Positions 48,901-59,402 of a stretch of DNA of 64,000 nucleotides are shown in pieces. A program made the position numbers and the translations under genes. Positions within the stretch are counted from its first letter, which is position 1, and each line of letters begins with the position of its first letter. The stretch is from the UHGV virus genome UHGV-1451962; one strand, 5' to 3'. Under the pieces are notes generated by a model. It had not been told where the DNA came from. It saw nothing but the letters and a program-made list of their open reading frames with translations, and made no database searches. This stretch comes from a virus.

Positions 48901-50306
48901 TGGGTAAAGATAGCGGGCAGAAAAAAATTGGTTTATATGGTTATCAAAATGGTATTACTACTTTTGGTTTAATGCAAGATGGTTCTGCATTTTTTGGTGC
49001 TTCTACTAGCGGAAGAATTAATATTGATGGAACAAAAGCAAATATTTATGGCGGTTTAACAGAAAATGGCGCAAATAGTATGAAATTAACTTTATCTGAT
49101 ATGCGGATGACTGGTAGTACAAAAGCTATTAATATTAATGATTCAAAAGGTGAATCTGCTTTTTATGTAACTTATAATGGTTATATGTATGCTAATAATG
49201 TTAAAATAAAAGGTAATGTTGAAGCAACCACTTTAACAGCAACTAAAAGCGGCAAGATAGCTGATTTTACTATTGATTCAACTGGATTAAGAGGAGGTTC
49301 AATTACTTGTAGAAATTTAGTTGCTAACACTGATGGAGAAATTGCTGGTTGGAAAATTACTGGGCAAAGTTTAAAAAGTCCTAACGCTTCAGTAAATCAG
49401 CCTTCTGAGGCGGGAGGAGTGCCAACTTGGACAGGCACTACTTTAAATAGTAGTGGACAAATTTATACTCAGAAATTATATGCAAGTGGTGGAGATATTG
49501 GTGGCTGGCAGATTAATTCTACTAATTTATACGGAAGTGCTGAAGGAAAATTTCAAAGTATTACTTATGATGATGAAGGTAATATGAGTGTATCTGAAAT
49601 AACAGGTATTAAATTTACTGAATTACAAAAAGGCGGCCAGATTAAAACCAATACAGTACAAATTTTTAGTGATCCACAAGCTGAAGGACAAATAGGGAAT
49701 TATATTGGATATATGGGTCTTGTCTACGGAAGCACTACCAGTAAAGATACTACATATAACATAGGTATATATAGTCTTACTGGTGCTCGTCTTGAAGCTA
49801 AAGGAGATATAGCAATAGCCGCAGGAAAAGGTAGTATTTGGATGCATGGTAATATAATGGCGAGAAAAGGTTTTTATTGTGGAAATAGTTCTAATATTGA
49901 TAATTTAGATAAAAAATTTCTTGTTGAAAATAGAATTATTAGACTGGGTGCAGAGACAGATGCTGACCAATTGTATATTAGAAGTTCTTGGTTAGTTTTA
50001 AAAGATGATGGAATGTCTATTAAAAAGCCTACAACAATTACAAAAGATGTAACAATTTCTGCTAATCAAAAATTAAGTTTGTCTGGAAATGGTTATATTT
50101 CAACTCCAACTATACAGACTGATAAAATTCAACCAGTGGGTAAAGAGACTGGTACAATAACAGTGAGTGGAACTATGAGCGGTAGTTTTAAGGGTAGTCT
50201 TTCTACATCAAGTGGTTATTATTATAATAGTAGTGGAGCTTACACAAAACTTTTAGCAGGTAGTATAATAGATGATAGTATTAAAGTTTTTGCTAAATTT
50301 TCGTGA
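45987..50306 (+). CDS. large tail/baseplate protein (1439 aa)
   Basis: follows the tape-measure gene; beta-rich repeats such as 'GWKITGQSLKSP' and 'GWQINSTNLYGS'. Confidence 0.45.
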   Translation: MNNISEQILQAADILAQKRLSELKYDITVQGTVESLVNLNTGEYKVKYNGNIFSAFSNDLKTTYRIGDNIYIKIPEGDFSNKKLIENKVTDKSLTENNLNELENSVSPVGPTFDVFYNYDKIKEYGVVAGAPKDDKLSITEIFNRETVSNFSDIPFLQYANKYEYIKIQADFLTLFSDIHSEGNYGLELAFSSNGEDVFYRLDVSNFNGSPYSFNTYSTQSVTVKIQTKFLTGLKSIKLFEEGFQYDKYLSNGEYIYLDKATGKELIHDNETNEYYYLNDNNEKIIVNQENRIEKINDKSPNIFVKNIQVQYVEVKNLIDNLYYLRIKTPNGQMFTDQIDEITLQGQLIYNGNSVLTEKNSTCYWYERDYSVMIGDEAYDKNVGFGWRPISANFDTLVLKDEDVVYKKVLKLMVVYSDNVVMSEEIVISNYNTDYNCWLEQLTVGDTIDLHIKNNRDEDELVGDWYLSLPDGSYQEVPNGKQKSEIEVKQYLLYSAVTFYCSIYDKDRKNIIATEEYTITNTESQEDLSIKYIGEDSFRYDSNGDITIEDSEKERTIECQFAWKDGVGTSYDMTWYSPDGSLLTTGERVNPVDSMIENLWVDKYNILHYTIKQKYKINFNNNTIQIKVTTLDQKEYIFNKEILFVKDGDQGTNGTTYIAAIRPCDDNGIKLSGLQPLVFNPLTKELLDEQERIRNDNTLSNEEKIKQILEVRKRGWNTLKLRVYVYKDGELINNLNGNKYTIKYEWSGTNIKLPEAETDDEYISISGNSDPVINFYSTSDKYEFYIKIKITVREKAGDSTVYLYSIYPIDVAVNGFEYNRVDINEIPSYIKYNSSGLNPSFYSNALKYTFDEIDQTKLVESLNKDILVIEDKQQKESEIIDRYLVPSSNFIFERDSDKNNSSIGILKCPDPQYNTRYLLHSIVMYLDTYGNEAINGWDGTQLDIDNKGQYVFAPQVGAGTKNEQNQFTGVVMGKDSGQKKIGLYGYQNGITTFGLMQDGSAFFGASTSGRINIDGTKANIYGGLTENGANSMKLTLSDMRMTGSTKAININDSKGESAFYVTYNGYMYANNVKIKGNVEATTLTATKSGKIADFTIDSTGLRGGSITCRNLVANTDGEIAGWKITGQSLKSPNASVNQPSEAGGVPTWTGTTLNSSGQIYTQKLYASGGDIGGWQINSTNLYGSAEGKFQSITYDDEGNMSVSEITGIKFTELQKGGQIKTNTVQIFSDPQAEGQIGNYIGYMGLVYGSTTSKDTTYNIGIYSLTGARLEAKGDIAIAAGKGSIWMHGNIMARKGFYCGNSSNIDNLDKKFLVENRIIRLGAETDADQLYIRSSWLVLKDDGMSIKKPTTITKDVTISANQKLSLSGNGYISTPTIQTDKIQPVGKETGTITVSGTMSGSFKGSLSTSSGYYYNSSGAYTKLLAGSIIDDSIKVFAKFS

Positions 50307-50324
50307 GAAAAAGGAGATAATAAA

Positions 50325-50684
50325 ATGACATTATTAAATGATGAAATTTATGGTTTATATGAAGCATTATATGAATTAAAAGAAAAAAATGAAATTTCTT
50401 TACCAGTTACTTTAGCTTATCAATTAGTTAGAAATATGCAAAAGTTAGAACCTTTGTATATGGCTATTGAAGAAGCTAGAAGAAATTTATTTAAAGTTTA
50501 TGTAGATGAAAATGATATTATACCAACTAATAAAATGAATGAAGTAAATCAAAAGCTTAGAGAATTAGGAATGATAAAAGAAGAGCTTGATTTATATATG
50601 GTTAGATTAAAGGATATATCATATATTAATTTACCTATTGATATTGTAAGAAAATTAATGCCAATTATTAAAGAGGACGATTAA
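50325..50684 (+). CDS. hypothetical protein
   Basis: 119 aa, RBS 'aaaaggagataat'; palindromic terminator 50671-50703 overlaps the stop. Confidence 0.4.
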   Translation: MTLLNDEIYGLYEALYELKEKNEISLPVTLAYQLVRNMQKLEPLYMAIEEARRNLFKVYVDENDIIPTNKMNEVNQKLRELGMIKEELDLYMVRLKDISYINLPIDIVRKLMPIIKEDD

Positions 50685-50779
50685 TCGTCCTCTTTTTCTT
50701 TTTATTGGACAAGGATAGTTCATATTTTAAATTAAAAAATTAAAATAAATAGATAAATGAGATAAAGGAGTGTGATTTT

Positions 50780-53506
50780 TTGGCAACTGGTATTTTTCCT
50801 CCATTGATAAATAGTTCGCAGCCTGCTTTTACTTATGATGTTTCTGACTATATTATTTATTTTACATTACCTGATTTGATGTCTTTAAGTAGTATAAAAC
50901 ATATTCAAATTAGATTAGTAAAACAAACTAATAACAGAACAATAGTAAATACTTCTATTTATCCAGATGGAATTATTTATAAATCGAAAGATGAAATTGG
51001 TCAAAAAGGCTCACAATATACTATTTCTATAAATTTACAAGATTTAGAATCTGGGTGGAGTGCTGGAGAATTATATAAGGTACAATTACGTTTTGGAATA
51101 AATACACTTTATAATTCAATATCAGATTTTGCTAATTGGAAAAAACAGCAAATAGAAAAAAGTGCATTTTCTGAATGGTCAACAGTTATGGCAATAAAGG
51201 CTATTAATGAACCAGTAATTGAAATAAAAAATGCTACTTCTGTGAAAGAAAGCGTTCAATCAGCAAAAAATCTTGAAACTTCTTTAACGCCACTGATTAT
51301 AGGAGCTTGCAATTTTGTTACAAGTAATAGAGAATCAGTAGATAAATATAAATTTATTTTATATAATTCACATGGTAATAAAATTGAAGATAGTGGTTGG
51401 TTACAACATAATGCTTCCGCAGATAATACAGATTCACATCGTTTTTCTACTGTTTTAGAAAATGGACAAGATTATAGTGTTATTTATCAAATTGTTTCAA
51501 TAAATGGCTATGAAATTAGTTCTGCACGATATAATTTTCAGGTAAGAGAGACATATTTAAGTCAATTAGTTGGAGTAACCCTTAATGTTGATGATTCAGA
51601 TATTTCATGTATAGAAAATGCTTGTTTAAAGATATATATAAATTCTGATTCTCCTTTAAGTGGTAACTATGTATTAATTAGAACTTCTGAAAAAAGTAAT
51701 TATACAATATGGGAAGATTTAAGTTATTTCTTATATTCTAACCATACTTTTGTTAATGAATTAATTTATACTGATTATACTATTGAAAATGGCATTAAAT
51801 ATAAATATGCTTTTCAACAAGAAAATAGTGCAAGATTGCGGACTTCTCCTTTATTTGAAATTGATAAGCCTGCCAGAGGAATTAATTTTGAACATAGTTA
51901 TTTATATAAAGATGGAGTTCAATTAAAATTAGAATATAACTTTGAGTTATCTAGTTTTAAACATAGTGTCTTAGAGTCAAAGAGTGATACATTGGGTTCT
52001 AAATATCCTACTATTTTCCGCAATGGTCATGCTTATTATGCAGAATTTCCTGTTTCAGGATTAATTTCTTTTCACATGGATGATGATAATACTTTTTTTG
52101 AACTTAAAAGAGATGGGTATTATTATAAAAATAAGTTGATTATTCCTTTTGATAATATTGAAGATACAAAAATAGATACTAATCTAACACATAGTAATAT
52201 TTTTATTGAAAAAATTTTTAGAGATAAAGTAGAAGAATTTTTAAATGATGGAAGTAGTAAATTATATAAATCTGCGACAGAAGGAAATATTATTATAAAT
52301 TTAATGAATATTTCTTTAAGTCCTGAAAAAACATTAAGTAGAATGATTTACAAATTTTCTGCTACTGCTTATGAAGTTGCGGATTTTAATTTAAGTAATT
52401 TAAATAATTTAAATATTATTGATATAGGTAATTTTGAAGAATTTTCTGCTGAAGAAACTGTAGATTTATTTGGTCAATTAAGTGGAATGTATATTGGCAC
52501 TTTAAGTTTAAATAATAACTTAAATACTGATAGACCCACAAGTATTATAAATAACAATACTAAAGAAAATCTTTTAGAAAAAATAAAAGAACAAGTTGAA
52601 TATAATGTTGGCGGTGGTTATAGATATAAATTTAATAATTTAACTTCAATTTGGGTAGAACAATATCCTGTATTAACTTTTGAAGCTGAATTAAGAGAAT
52701 TAAATGCGGAACGCGCAGATTTGGCGCATCAAGGATTATCAACAAAAGAAGTTGATGAAAAAATCGCTGAATATAATAAGTTAATTAATTTTATAACTAC
52801 TGAACAAACTTATCCTTTAATTACATTAGTTATTAATGGTAAAGATTTTTCTTTAGGCAAGAATAAAGTTTTTGTTTTACAAGATGTTTTTGATAATTTA
52901 TCTAATATCTATTTAAAATACAGTGGCCCTATTATTATAAATTATACTTGTAAAGTTACACAAGTGGAAGATATTTCTAAAACAGTTCAAGCTATTGAAA
53001 CTTCTTTAGTATGGGGTCAATTAGCTGGAATTTTTACTTCTACTGATAAAACTTTATTGAGTTATAACTTTAGATATAATGATATAAAGCAATATCAAAT
53101 TCCTGATATAAATGGGGATTATGATAATATTAATTTTGATTTATTTAAATCTGAGAATATTTTTGATATTGTTAAAGAAAAAAGTAGATTCCAAATAGAA
53201 GAAATTTATGATATAGAAAATGGTTTTTCTAATTATGATAAAGATACTGATACTTGGGATAATGGAACTATTTTTTATAATTTTACTGATATATTATCTA
53301 TGGAAATTGAAGCAGACCAAGGTAGTGTATTATTACTTGATAATAATGATGGTTCAACTACTCAAATTACGATTGGTACAACTGAAAAATATGTTTTGAA
53401 CCCTTCTGATACTTTAATAAAAGGTATTCGCTTTGAAAAACCTACTTATGCAATTATAAATTATAAATGTGCTACAATGCAAACTACTAAAAATGTTGGT
53501 GGATAA
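50780..53506 (+). CDS. large tail protein (908 aa)
   Basis: TTG start 9 nt after RBS 'aaaggag'. Confidence 0.4.
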   Translation: MATGIFPPLINSSQPAFTYDVSDYIIYFTLPDLMSLSSIKHIQIRLVKQTNNRTIVNTSIYPDGIIYKSKDEIGQKGSQYTISINLQDLESGWSAGELYKVQLRFGINTLYNSISDFANWKKQQIEKSAFSEWSTVMAIKAINEPVIEIKNATSVKESVQSAKNLETSLTPLIIGACNFVTSNRESVDKYKFILYNSHGNKIEDSGWLQHNASADNTDSHRFSTVLENGQDYSVIYQIVSINGYEISSARYNFQVRETYLSQLVGVTLNVDDSDISCIENACLKIYINSDSPLSGNYVLIRTSEKSNYTIWEDLSYFLYSNHTFVNELIYTDYTIENGIKYKYAFQQENSARLRTSPLFEIDKPARGINFEHSYLYKDGVQLKLEYNFELSSFKHSVLESKSDTLGSKYPTIFRNGHAYYAEFPVSGLISFHMDDDNTFFELKRDGYYYKNKLIIPFDNIEDTKIDTNLTHSNIFIEKIFRDKVEEFLNDGSSKLYKSATEGNIIINLMNISLSPEKTLSRMIYKFSATAYEVADFNLSNLNNLNIIDIGNFEEFSAEETVDLFGQLSGMYIGTLSLNNNLNTDRPTSIINNNTKENLLEKIKEQVEYNVGGGYRYKFNNLTSIWVEQYPVLTFEAELRELNAERADLAHQGLSTKEVDEKIAEYNKLINFITTEQTYPLITLVINGKDFSLGKNKVFVLQDVFDNLSNIYLKYSGPIIINYTCKVTQVEDISKTVQAIETSLVWGQLAGIFTSTDKTLLSYNFRYNDIKQYQIPDINGDYDNINFDLFKSENIFDIVKEKSRFQIEEIYDIENGFSNYDKDTDTWDNGTIFYNFTDILSMEIEADQGSVLLLDNNDGSTTQITIGTTEKYVLNPSDTLIKGIRFEKPTYAIINYKCATMQTTKNVGG

Positions 53507-53520
53507 AGAGGAGGAAGAAT

Positions 53521-55416
53521 ATGTTTGAATATCTTAAAGACTATGATTTTTTAAACAAGTTAGATAAATTGCGAGTTCGCGTTCAATATGCGAAACTTAT
53601 TCTTCTTTCTTTTGATGAAAAACCTATTAAAGAAATTCAAGGTAATATTACTGCCGGTTCATTGTCAATTAATGGTTCTTCCGCAATTAGAAGAACTATT
53701 AGCTTAACTATGTTAGCTAATTTAAATAATAATGATTTAACAAATTTAGATAATGATATTTCTTTAAATAAAAAAATTAAAATTTTAATTGGATATAATA
53801 ATCCTTTAAGAGAATATCAAAAATATGGAGAAATTATTTGGTTTCCTTGCGGGGTTTTTTTGGTTTCTACTGCTAGTATTACTAGAGCAACTGGTGGTTG
53901 GACTATCAGTATTTCTGGTAAAGATAAAATGGTAATGTTAGATGGCAGTGTAGGTGGAATGCTACCTGCTTCTGTTACTTTCCATGAATCATATGTGTAT
54001 AATAAGGATAAAACAGAAGCAGTAGTTAATTATCCTACTATTTACCAAATTATTCAAGAAACAGTTAATCATTGGGGAGAAGAGCCAATAAATAATATTT
54101 TTATTACAGATTTAGAGGAAACCGCAAAACTTTTAGTAAAATATATTGGAGAGCAACCTATATATCTAAGTAATAATTATTCTAGTTTAAGTTATACTCC
54201 TGGAGATACTTATCCTTATATGTTTATAAATGGGCAAGATATTGGATATAAAGAAACAGATTTTACTTATCCTGGAGAATTGATTTTAAAAGCTGGCGAT
54301 AGTGTAGTTACTTTATTAAATAAGATTTGCGATACTTTAGGTAATTTTGAATTTTTTTATGATATAGATGGACGTTTTATTTTTCAAGAAAAGAAAAATT
54401 ATTTAAATACTGGAAGTCCGCTATTAGATTTAAATATTGAAGATTATGTACAGAATTATTCAAATACAAAATATGCTTATAGTTTAACTGATTTAGATAA
54501 TATTACTTCTCTTGCTATTGCTCCAAAATATGATGAAATTAAAAATGATTTTATTGTATGGGGAAAAAGAAAAACAACAGATGGTGCAGAAATAGATATT
54601 CGTTATCATTTAGCTATTGATGCTAAACCAATTCTTAATTATTGTTTACAATATATGTGGGCTATTTATGAAAATGAAGTTTTATTAAGATACGAATTTA
54701 CTTATATAAATAATCCTCCTGTTAATGGTAAATTAATAGCTAGTCCTTGTAAAGAATGGCGAGAAGAATTATATAGACAAGCTTTAATTGCTTCCTTAAA
54801 TAATTTAACAAATAGTAATTATGATATGGAACTATTAGCTGAATGGCGTAATTTATATGACCCTGAAAATGCAGATTGGAAAGTAACAGATAATTGGAAT
54901 CCAAAAGTTTATTCTGACCCTAGAAATTTAAATTATTGGCTAGATTTTATAGATACTGGTACAGCAATTGGTAAATACTCAGTCAATATGATTGGACGTC
55001 GCACAAAAGTTATTAATAGTTCTGAAGTAACTTGTATATATAATACAGAAGTTCCTGATGTTATTTTTATGACCCAAGAACAATGGGAAAATGTAGAAAA
55101 AAGAAAATATTATGATTCTATTGGTCAAAAATATTTTAGAATTACTGATAATTATAAATCTATTTTTGCTAGTAGTTCTACTGGTTCTAGTGCTTTTGAT
55201 CAAATTCGAGAATTATTATATCAAAATTTAAGTTATAATACTCAAGTCACTATACAAGGAGTACCCAAGTATTATTTAGAACCAAATAATATTATTTATA
55301 TAGAAGATATGGAAAGTAATATTATAGGAAATTATGCGATTTCTCAAATTACTTTACCTTTAACTTATTCAGGCACAATGTCAATTACAGCTACAGAAGT
55401 GCTAACTAGAGTATAA
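53521..55416 (+). CDS. tail/baseplate protein (631 aa)
   Basis: strong RBS 'agaggaggaag'. Confidence 0.4.
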   Translation: MFEYLKDYDFLNKLDKLRVRVQYAKLILLSFDEKPIKEIQGNITAGSLSINGSSAIRRTISLTMLANLNNNDLTNLDNDISLNKKIKILIGYNNPLREYQKYGEIIWFPCGVFLVSTASITRATGGWTISISGKDKMVMLDGSVGGMLPASVTFHESYVYNKDKTEAVVNYPTIYQIIQETVNHWGEEPINNIFITDLEETAKLLVKYIGEQPIYLSNNYSSLSYTPGDTYPYMFINGQDIGYKETDFTYPGELILKAGDSVVTLLNKICDTLGNFEFFYDIDGRFIFQEKKNYLNTGSPLLDLNIEDYVQNYSNTKYAYSLTDLDNITSLAIAPKYDEIKNDFIVWGKRKTTDGAEIDIRYHLAIDAKPILNYCLQYMWAIYENEVLLRYEFTYINNPPVNGKLIASPCKEWREELYRQALIASLNNLTNSNYDMELLAEWRNLYDPENADWKVTDNWNPKVYSDPRNLNYWLDFIDTGTAIGKYSVNMIGRRTKVINSSEVTCIYNTEVPDVIFMTQEQWENVEKRKYYDSIGQKYFRITDNYKSIFASSSTGSSAFDQIRELLYQNLSYNTQVTIQGVPKYYLEPNNIIYIEDMESNIIGNYAISQITLPLTYSGTMSITATEVLTRV

Positions 55417-55431
55417 GGAGGAATAAATTAA

Positions 55432-56040
55432 ATGGCGAATGTTGGTCAGATAATTTATAATTTAGAAGATTATAATTCTAGTGGCGGATATATTTCTACA
55501 GCTAATGGCAATACTACTCAAACTATTACTTCTGCTACTGATCCAGATTATGAAACTAATAAAATAGATATTTTTACTCGTAATCTAGTAGAAATTTATG
55601 CAAGTAAACAATTTTCTAAAGTAGGAATACAGGCTCCTCCTGGTACTAAATTAGTAATGAATACTAATAAAAATATTATGATAGGCCGCACAGGAGTTTA
55701 TGAGTTGGATGAAGATATTGCTATTACTGGATTATATTTTCTTCGCCCTAAAAATTACATATTAGATACTGAAACAACAGAAAAAAATCTTTCAGATGGT
55801 AAGAAAAAATTAGAAGCTGCGGAAACAGCTCGAAAAGTTTCTATGGCAGAGCTTGAAAAAAAATATCCTGAACATAATAATGCTTATTGGGCTGAATATA
55901 ATCAGATTCAGGCTGTGTATGATGAAGCTTACCGAGTGGCATTAGCGCAATATAATACTGGTATTAATGGTGTGTATAAACTTGACGCAGAAAATCCATA
56001 TAAAGATTTATATAATGTAATTATAGATTTTATTTATTAA
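55432..56040 (+). CDS. hypothetical tail protein
   Basis: 202 aa, RBS 'aaggaggaat'. Confidence 0.4.
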   Translation: MANVGQIIYNLEDYNSSGGYISTANGNTTQTITSATDPDYETNKIDIFTRNLVEIYASKQFSKVGIQAPPGTKLVMNTNKNIMIGRTGVYELDEDIAITGLYFLRPKNYILDTETTEKNLSDGKKKLEAAETARKVSMAELEKKYPEHNNAYWAEYNQIQAVYDEAYRVALAQYNTGINGVYKLDAENPYKDLYNVIIDFIY

Positions 56041-56053
56041 GGAGGTGCTATAA

Positions 56054-58243
56054 TTGTTTAGTTTTTATGGTGGACAGCAAGGAAAAAACTTTGAGATAAA
56101 ACAAATATTTAAAAATAAAGTTGCTATGGTAGCCGATTTAGACAAAAGATGGCAATCTCCTATTGGAGTTGGAGAAATTGTAATGATTTCTTATGGCCTA
56201 CCTGGTGGAACTCCTGAACAACGAGCAATTTATGATGCTAATAAAAATGTAGATACCGCAAAATATAAAAGAGCTTATAACTCTACTCTTTGGCAAAAAA
56301 TTTTTACTGAAGAAGAACATGCGGGAGAAGAACCAATTAGAGGGATAGAAATTTTATATTTGTCAGACAAAAATTATGGTCTTGGTTATAAATTAATTAC
56401 TTCTTTAACTGGTGAAACTCCTAGAATTAAAATTATTTTGCCATCTACTGTTCTTAATGCAGACCAAGAACCAACAGTAGATGTAGATAATAACGATACA
56501 GATTTCCCTTCGGTTTTATTCAGTTTGCCACAAAGTCAAGTAATGGTTATGGCAGATTTAATTACCAAAAAACCTGGCGAAACTGTTATTCCTACATTAA
56601 ATTATAATGAAGATGATATTAATCATCCTATTATTACTTTTACTTTACCAGAGATGTGGGAATTTGAAATTGGAAATATTGAATATATTTCTGCGGATTC
56701 TGAGCCAAGGGCAACGATTACTTTGGACGAAGATAAACAAACAAAAAAATTGAATATGTGGTTGCCTAAAGGTTATGATTTTGCTCCTATTGATTTTAGC
56801 ACTTTAGAACCAGGTCAAACACCTGAATGTTCTTTGACCTATGATAATGACCACATAGTAACAATTCATTTAAAGATTCCACGCTCACAAAAATTCCGCA
56901 CTGATGTTATTACTAATCATTTAGCTCCTGCGGAATTACCAACAGTTGAAATCTCTGCTGATCCCGATAATCCGCAGTTTACTTTTAATTTGCCAGAATC
57001 AGCAGAATTTTTTTATGGAGATTTATTAGGACAATCAAAAGATATAACTTATTCTTTAGGTACTATTGTTCCTAACGCGAAGGTAGGAGATTATTATATA
57101 AATAAAGATACTGGTTTTATTTATTATATTAGTCAGATTACTGAAACTTCTACTACTTTTGTTTATTGTGCTTGTTTGGCTGGTAAAACTCCTGAAGTAC
57201 AAACTGATATAAAAGATCCGTTTACTGAATCAGGAGAAAGAGTAGACGTTAGTGTTGAGTCTAGTTATAAAGACCCTATTGAAAAAACTGGCCCTATTCA
57301 TAAATTTATTTTTCCAACAATTCCAAATATTACTTCTACTTATGAAGATGTTGGTTCCGCGGATCAAGGAACAGTAGAAAAAAGTATTGTTGGTACTGAT
57401 ACTATTAATTTTAAATTTATACTACCTAGCGGCGCACGTTGGTTTGTCGGCGATGAAGTGAATGATAATAAATTAAATACTGTTATTGAAGGCGCTCAAA
57501 ATGGAGACTATTACCTTTATTCTGTTGATGATATGACAGATGATTTTAGAGGTAATATATATTTATTTAATGGTACAGCTTGGACTAAAACCGATAAAAA
57601 CATAGAAGGCCCAGTTGGTAAAGCTCTTAATATTAAAAATTCATATACTTTCACTGAAGCAGATGGTGTTGATACACTTGAAAATATTGGAAATAAATTA
57701 AAAGCTTATTATCCTAATGGTATAAGTTCAGATGAAATTTTACAAGTGACTTATTCTTCTGTTGAAAATGGTGATACTGCATATTGGTATTATTATACAA
57801 ATAATACTTGGGGAAGAGCGCAATTAACTGGTGGTGTAGCCAGCTTATTACAAGATAAGTATGATATAGATAATAGCACTAATAAAACATATACAGCTAA
57901 TTATATTAATAATTTAATTGTTAATGAAATTTTAGCCGCGGATTTAGAGCGAAAAACCTATACCGCAAAAGCTATTAATGAGAAAAATGAAGCATTACAA
58001 ACAAAAATAAATGAAGTTGCAGCTTTAATCAGTGATGAACCTGCTGATAAAACAAAAGGTACTTACACTGCTAAAGTAATAGATAATTTAATTACTACTG
58101 TCGGCAATAGAATTAATTCCAATCCAGTAGATAAAGATAAAGAAACATATAATGCTAAAACTTTGGATACAAAAATAGAAGAAATTATTACCCAAATTAA
58201 TAGTATTAATACATGGGGTAGAATTTCAGATTTATTAAACTAA
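56054..58243 (+). CDS. tail fibre-like protein (729 aa)
   Basis: C-terminal repeats 'TYTANYINNL / TYTAKAINEK / TYTAKVIDNL / TYNAKTLDTK'; TTG start after RBS 'aaggaggtg'. Confidence 0.45.
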   Translation: MFSFYGGQQGKNFEIKQIFKNKVAMVADLDKRWQSPIGVGEIVMISYGLPGGTPEQRAIYDANKNVDTAKYKRAYNSTLWQKIFTEEEHAGEEPIRGIEILYLSDKNYGLGYKLITSLTGETPRIKIILPSTVLNADQEPTVDVDNNDTDFPSVLFSLPQSQVMVMADLITKKPGETVIPTLNYNEDDINHPIITFTLPEMWEFEIGNIEYISADSEPRATITLDEDKQTKKLNMWLPKGYDFAPIDFSTLEPGQTPECSLTYDNDHIVTIHLKIPRSQKFRTDVITNHLAPAELPTVEISADPDNPQFTFNLPESAEFFYGDLLGQSKDITYSLGTIVPNAKVGDYYINKDTGFIYYISQITETSTTFVYCACLAGKTPEVQTDIKDPFTESGERVDVSVESSYKDPIEKTGPIHKFIFPTIPNITSTYEDVGSADQGTVEKSIVGTDTINFKFILPSGARWFVGDEVNDNKLNTVIEGAQNGDYYLYSVDDMTDDFRGNIYLFNGTAWTKTDKNIEGPVGKALNIKNSYTFTEADGVDTLENIGNKLKAYYPNGISSDEILQVTYSSVENGDTAYWYYYTNNTWGRAQLTGGVASLLQDKYDIDNSTNKTYTANYINNLIVNEILAADLERKTYTAKAINEKNEALQTKINEVAALISDEPADKTKGTYTAKVIDNLITTVGNRINSNPVDKDKETYNAKTLDTKIEEIITQINSINTWGRISDLLN

Positions 58244-58262
58244 AGAATAAGATATTCTTTTC

Positions 58263-58297
58263 TAAGGGGAAGATTTTATTCTTCCCCTTATGTTTTA
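58263..58297 (+). terminator. rho-independent terminator
   Basis: stem taaggggaaga/tcttcccctta, then 'tgttttat'. Confidence 0.5.
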
Positions 58298-58313
58298 TAT
58301 AAGGAGGAAAATT

Positions 58314-58916
58314 ATGGCTTTATTTAAAGTTTTTTATGGAACAGAAGCTGAGATGAATCAAGTCGCAGTAAAAGAGTCTTATGCTTATATCCTAGAAGAG
58401 AATGATTGTATGTATGTCGATTTTAATAATGCTAGACATAAATTAAATGCGGGATATGCAGAAAAACTTCGGAAATTTAATGCGGCTGGAGCAGTTGAAA
58501 TAGAAATTGATCCAGAAGAATTGGTTTTAAATTCTGATATTATTGATATAGAACATGGTGGCACTGGTGGCAAAACTGCGGCTGAAGCAAGAACTAATTT
58601 AGATGTTTATAGTAAAACAGAAGTAAGCGATAATATTAAAACTGCTACTGATAAGGTCACTTCTAAGGCTTATCCTGCTACATTGTCCGTAGGAGCTTGG
58701 ACATTAGATGGAGAAGTTTATAAAATGTCTTATTTAATTGAAACTTTGAAGTGTGGTGCTGATGGTACGGTTCCGCCAATTATTACTTACACCAACAATT
58801 TAGAAGAATATTCTAAAATTGAAAAGGCTACTGCTACTCCTGGTTTTGGAGTTACTTTCGAGATAAAAGAAAAACCTACTGATAGTATAGGTATTATTAT
58901 TGTAGATAATTGTTAA
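58314..58916 (+). CDS. hypothetical protein (last plus-strand gene)
   Basis: RBS 'aaggaggaaaatt' precedes ATG 58314 (MALFKVF...); ORF track start 58290 is upstream of the RBS. Confidence 0.45.
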   Translation: MALFKVFYGTEAEMNQVAVKESYAYILEENDCMYVDFNNARHKLNAGYAEKLRKFNAAGAVEIEIDPEELVLNSDIIDIEHGGTGGKTAAEARTNLDVYSKTEVSDNIKTATDKVTSKAYPATLSVGAWTLDGEVYKMSYLIETLKCGADGTVPPIITYTNNLEEYSKIEKATATPGFGVTFEIKEKPTDSIGIIIVDNC

Positions 58917-58927
58917 TAAAAATAAAA

Positions 58928-58965
58928 TGGGTAAGAGCTAAATGCTCTTACCCATTTTTTTGTTT
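58928..58965. terminator. bidirectional terminator between convergent genes
   Basis: stem tgggtaagagc/gctcttaccca, loop taaat, T-run on plus strand and A/T-run on minus. Confidence 0.55.
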
Positions 58966-59402
58966 TATATAATATGATAATAAGGTTTTTCTTCATCAAA
59001 GATTTTCCATCTAAGAAAATCATCTAAAATAATTCCTATTAGACCTAGAATAAACCAAAGACAACTAAAAGATAAACATATTTGTCCTTTATAATTAAAA
59101 GGTAAATGTGAATAATCCCAAATATTAAGTTGTAATTGAATGTTTAAAATATATCCAAATAAAAATTCTAAACTTGTTATAATTGCGGTTCCAATTAATC
59201 CTTGAGCCAATAAAGACCAATTCCAAGGAATATTTTCATTTAAGCTACCTAAAATTAAAAAAGATAAACCGCCTAAGATAAACATTGACCAATGAGTATT
59301 TCCTGAATGTATATATGTTTTGTAAACAAATTCAATTAACCAGTAAATACTTCCGCCAATCAAAAATAATATAGAATTTCTAAAAAAAGAATTAATTTTC
59401 AT
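58965..59402 (-). CDS. multi-pass membrane protein (holin-like or other)
   Basis: 145 aa with about 4 hydrophobic helices. Confidence 0.4.
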   Translation of the reverse strand: MKINSFFRNSILFLIGGSIYWLIEFVYKTYIHSGNTHWSMFILGGLSFLILGSLNENIPWNWSLLAQGLIGTAIITSLEFLFGYILNIQLQLNIWDYSHLPFNYKGQICLSFSCLWFILGLIGIILDDFLRWKIFDEEKPYYHII

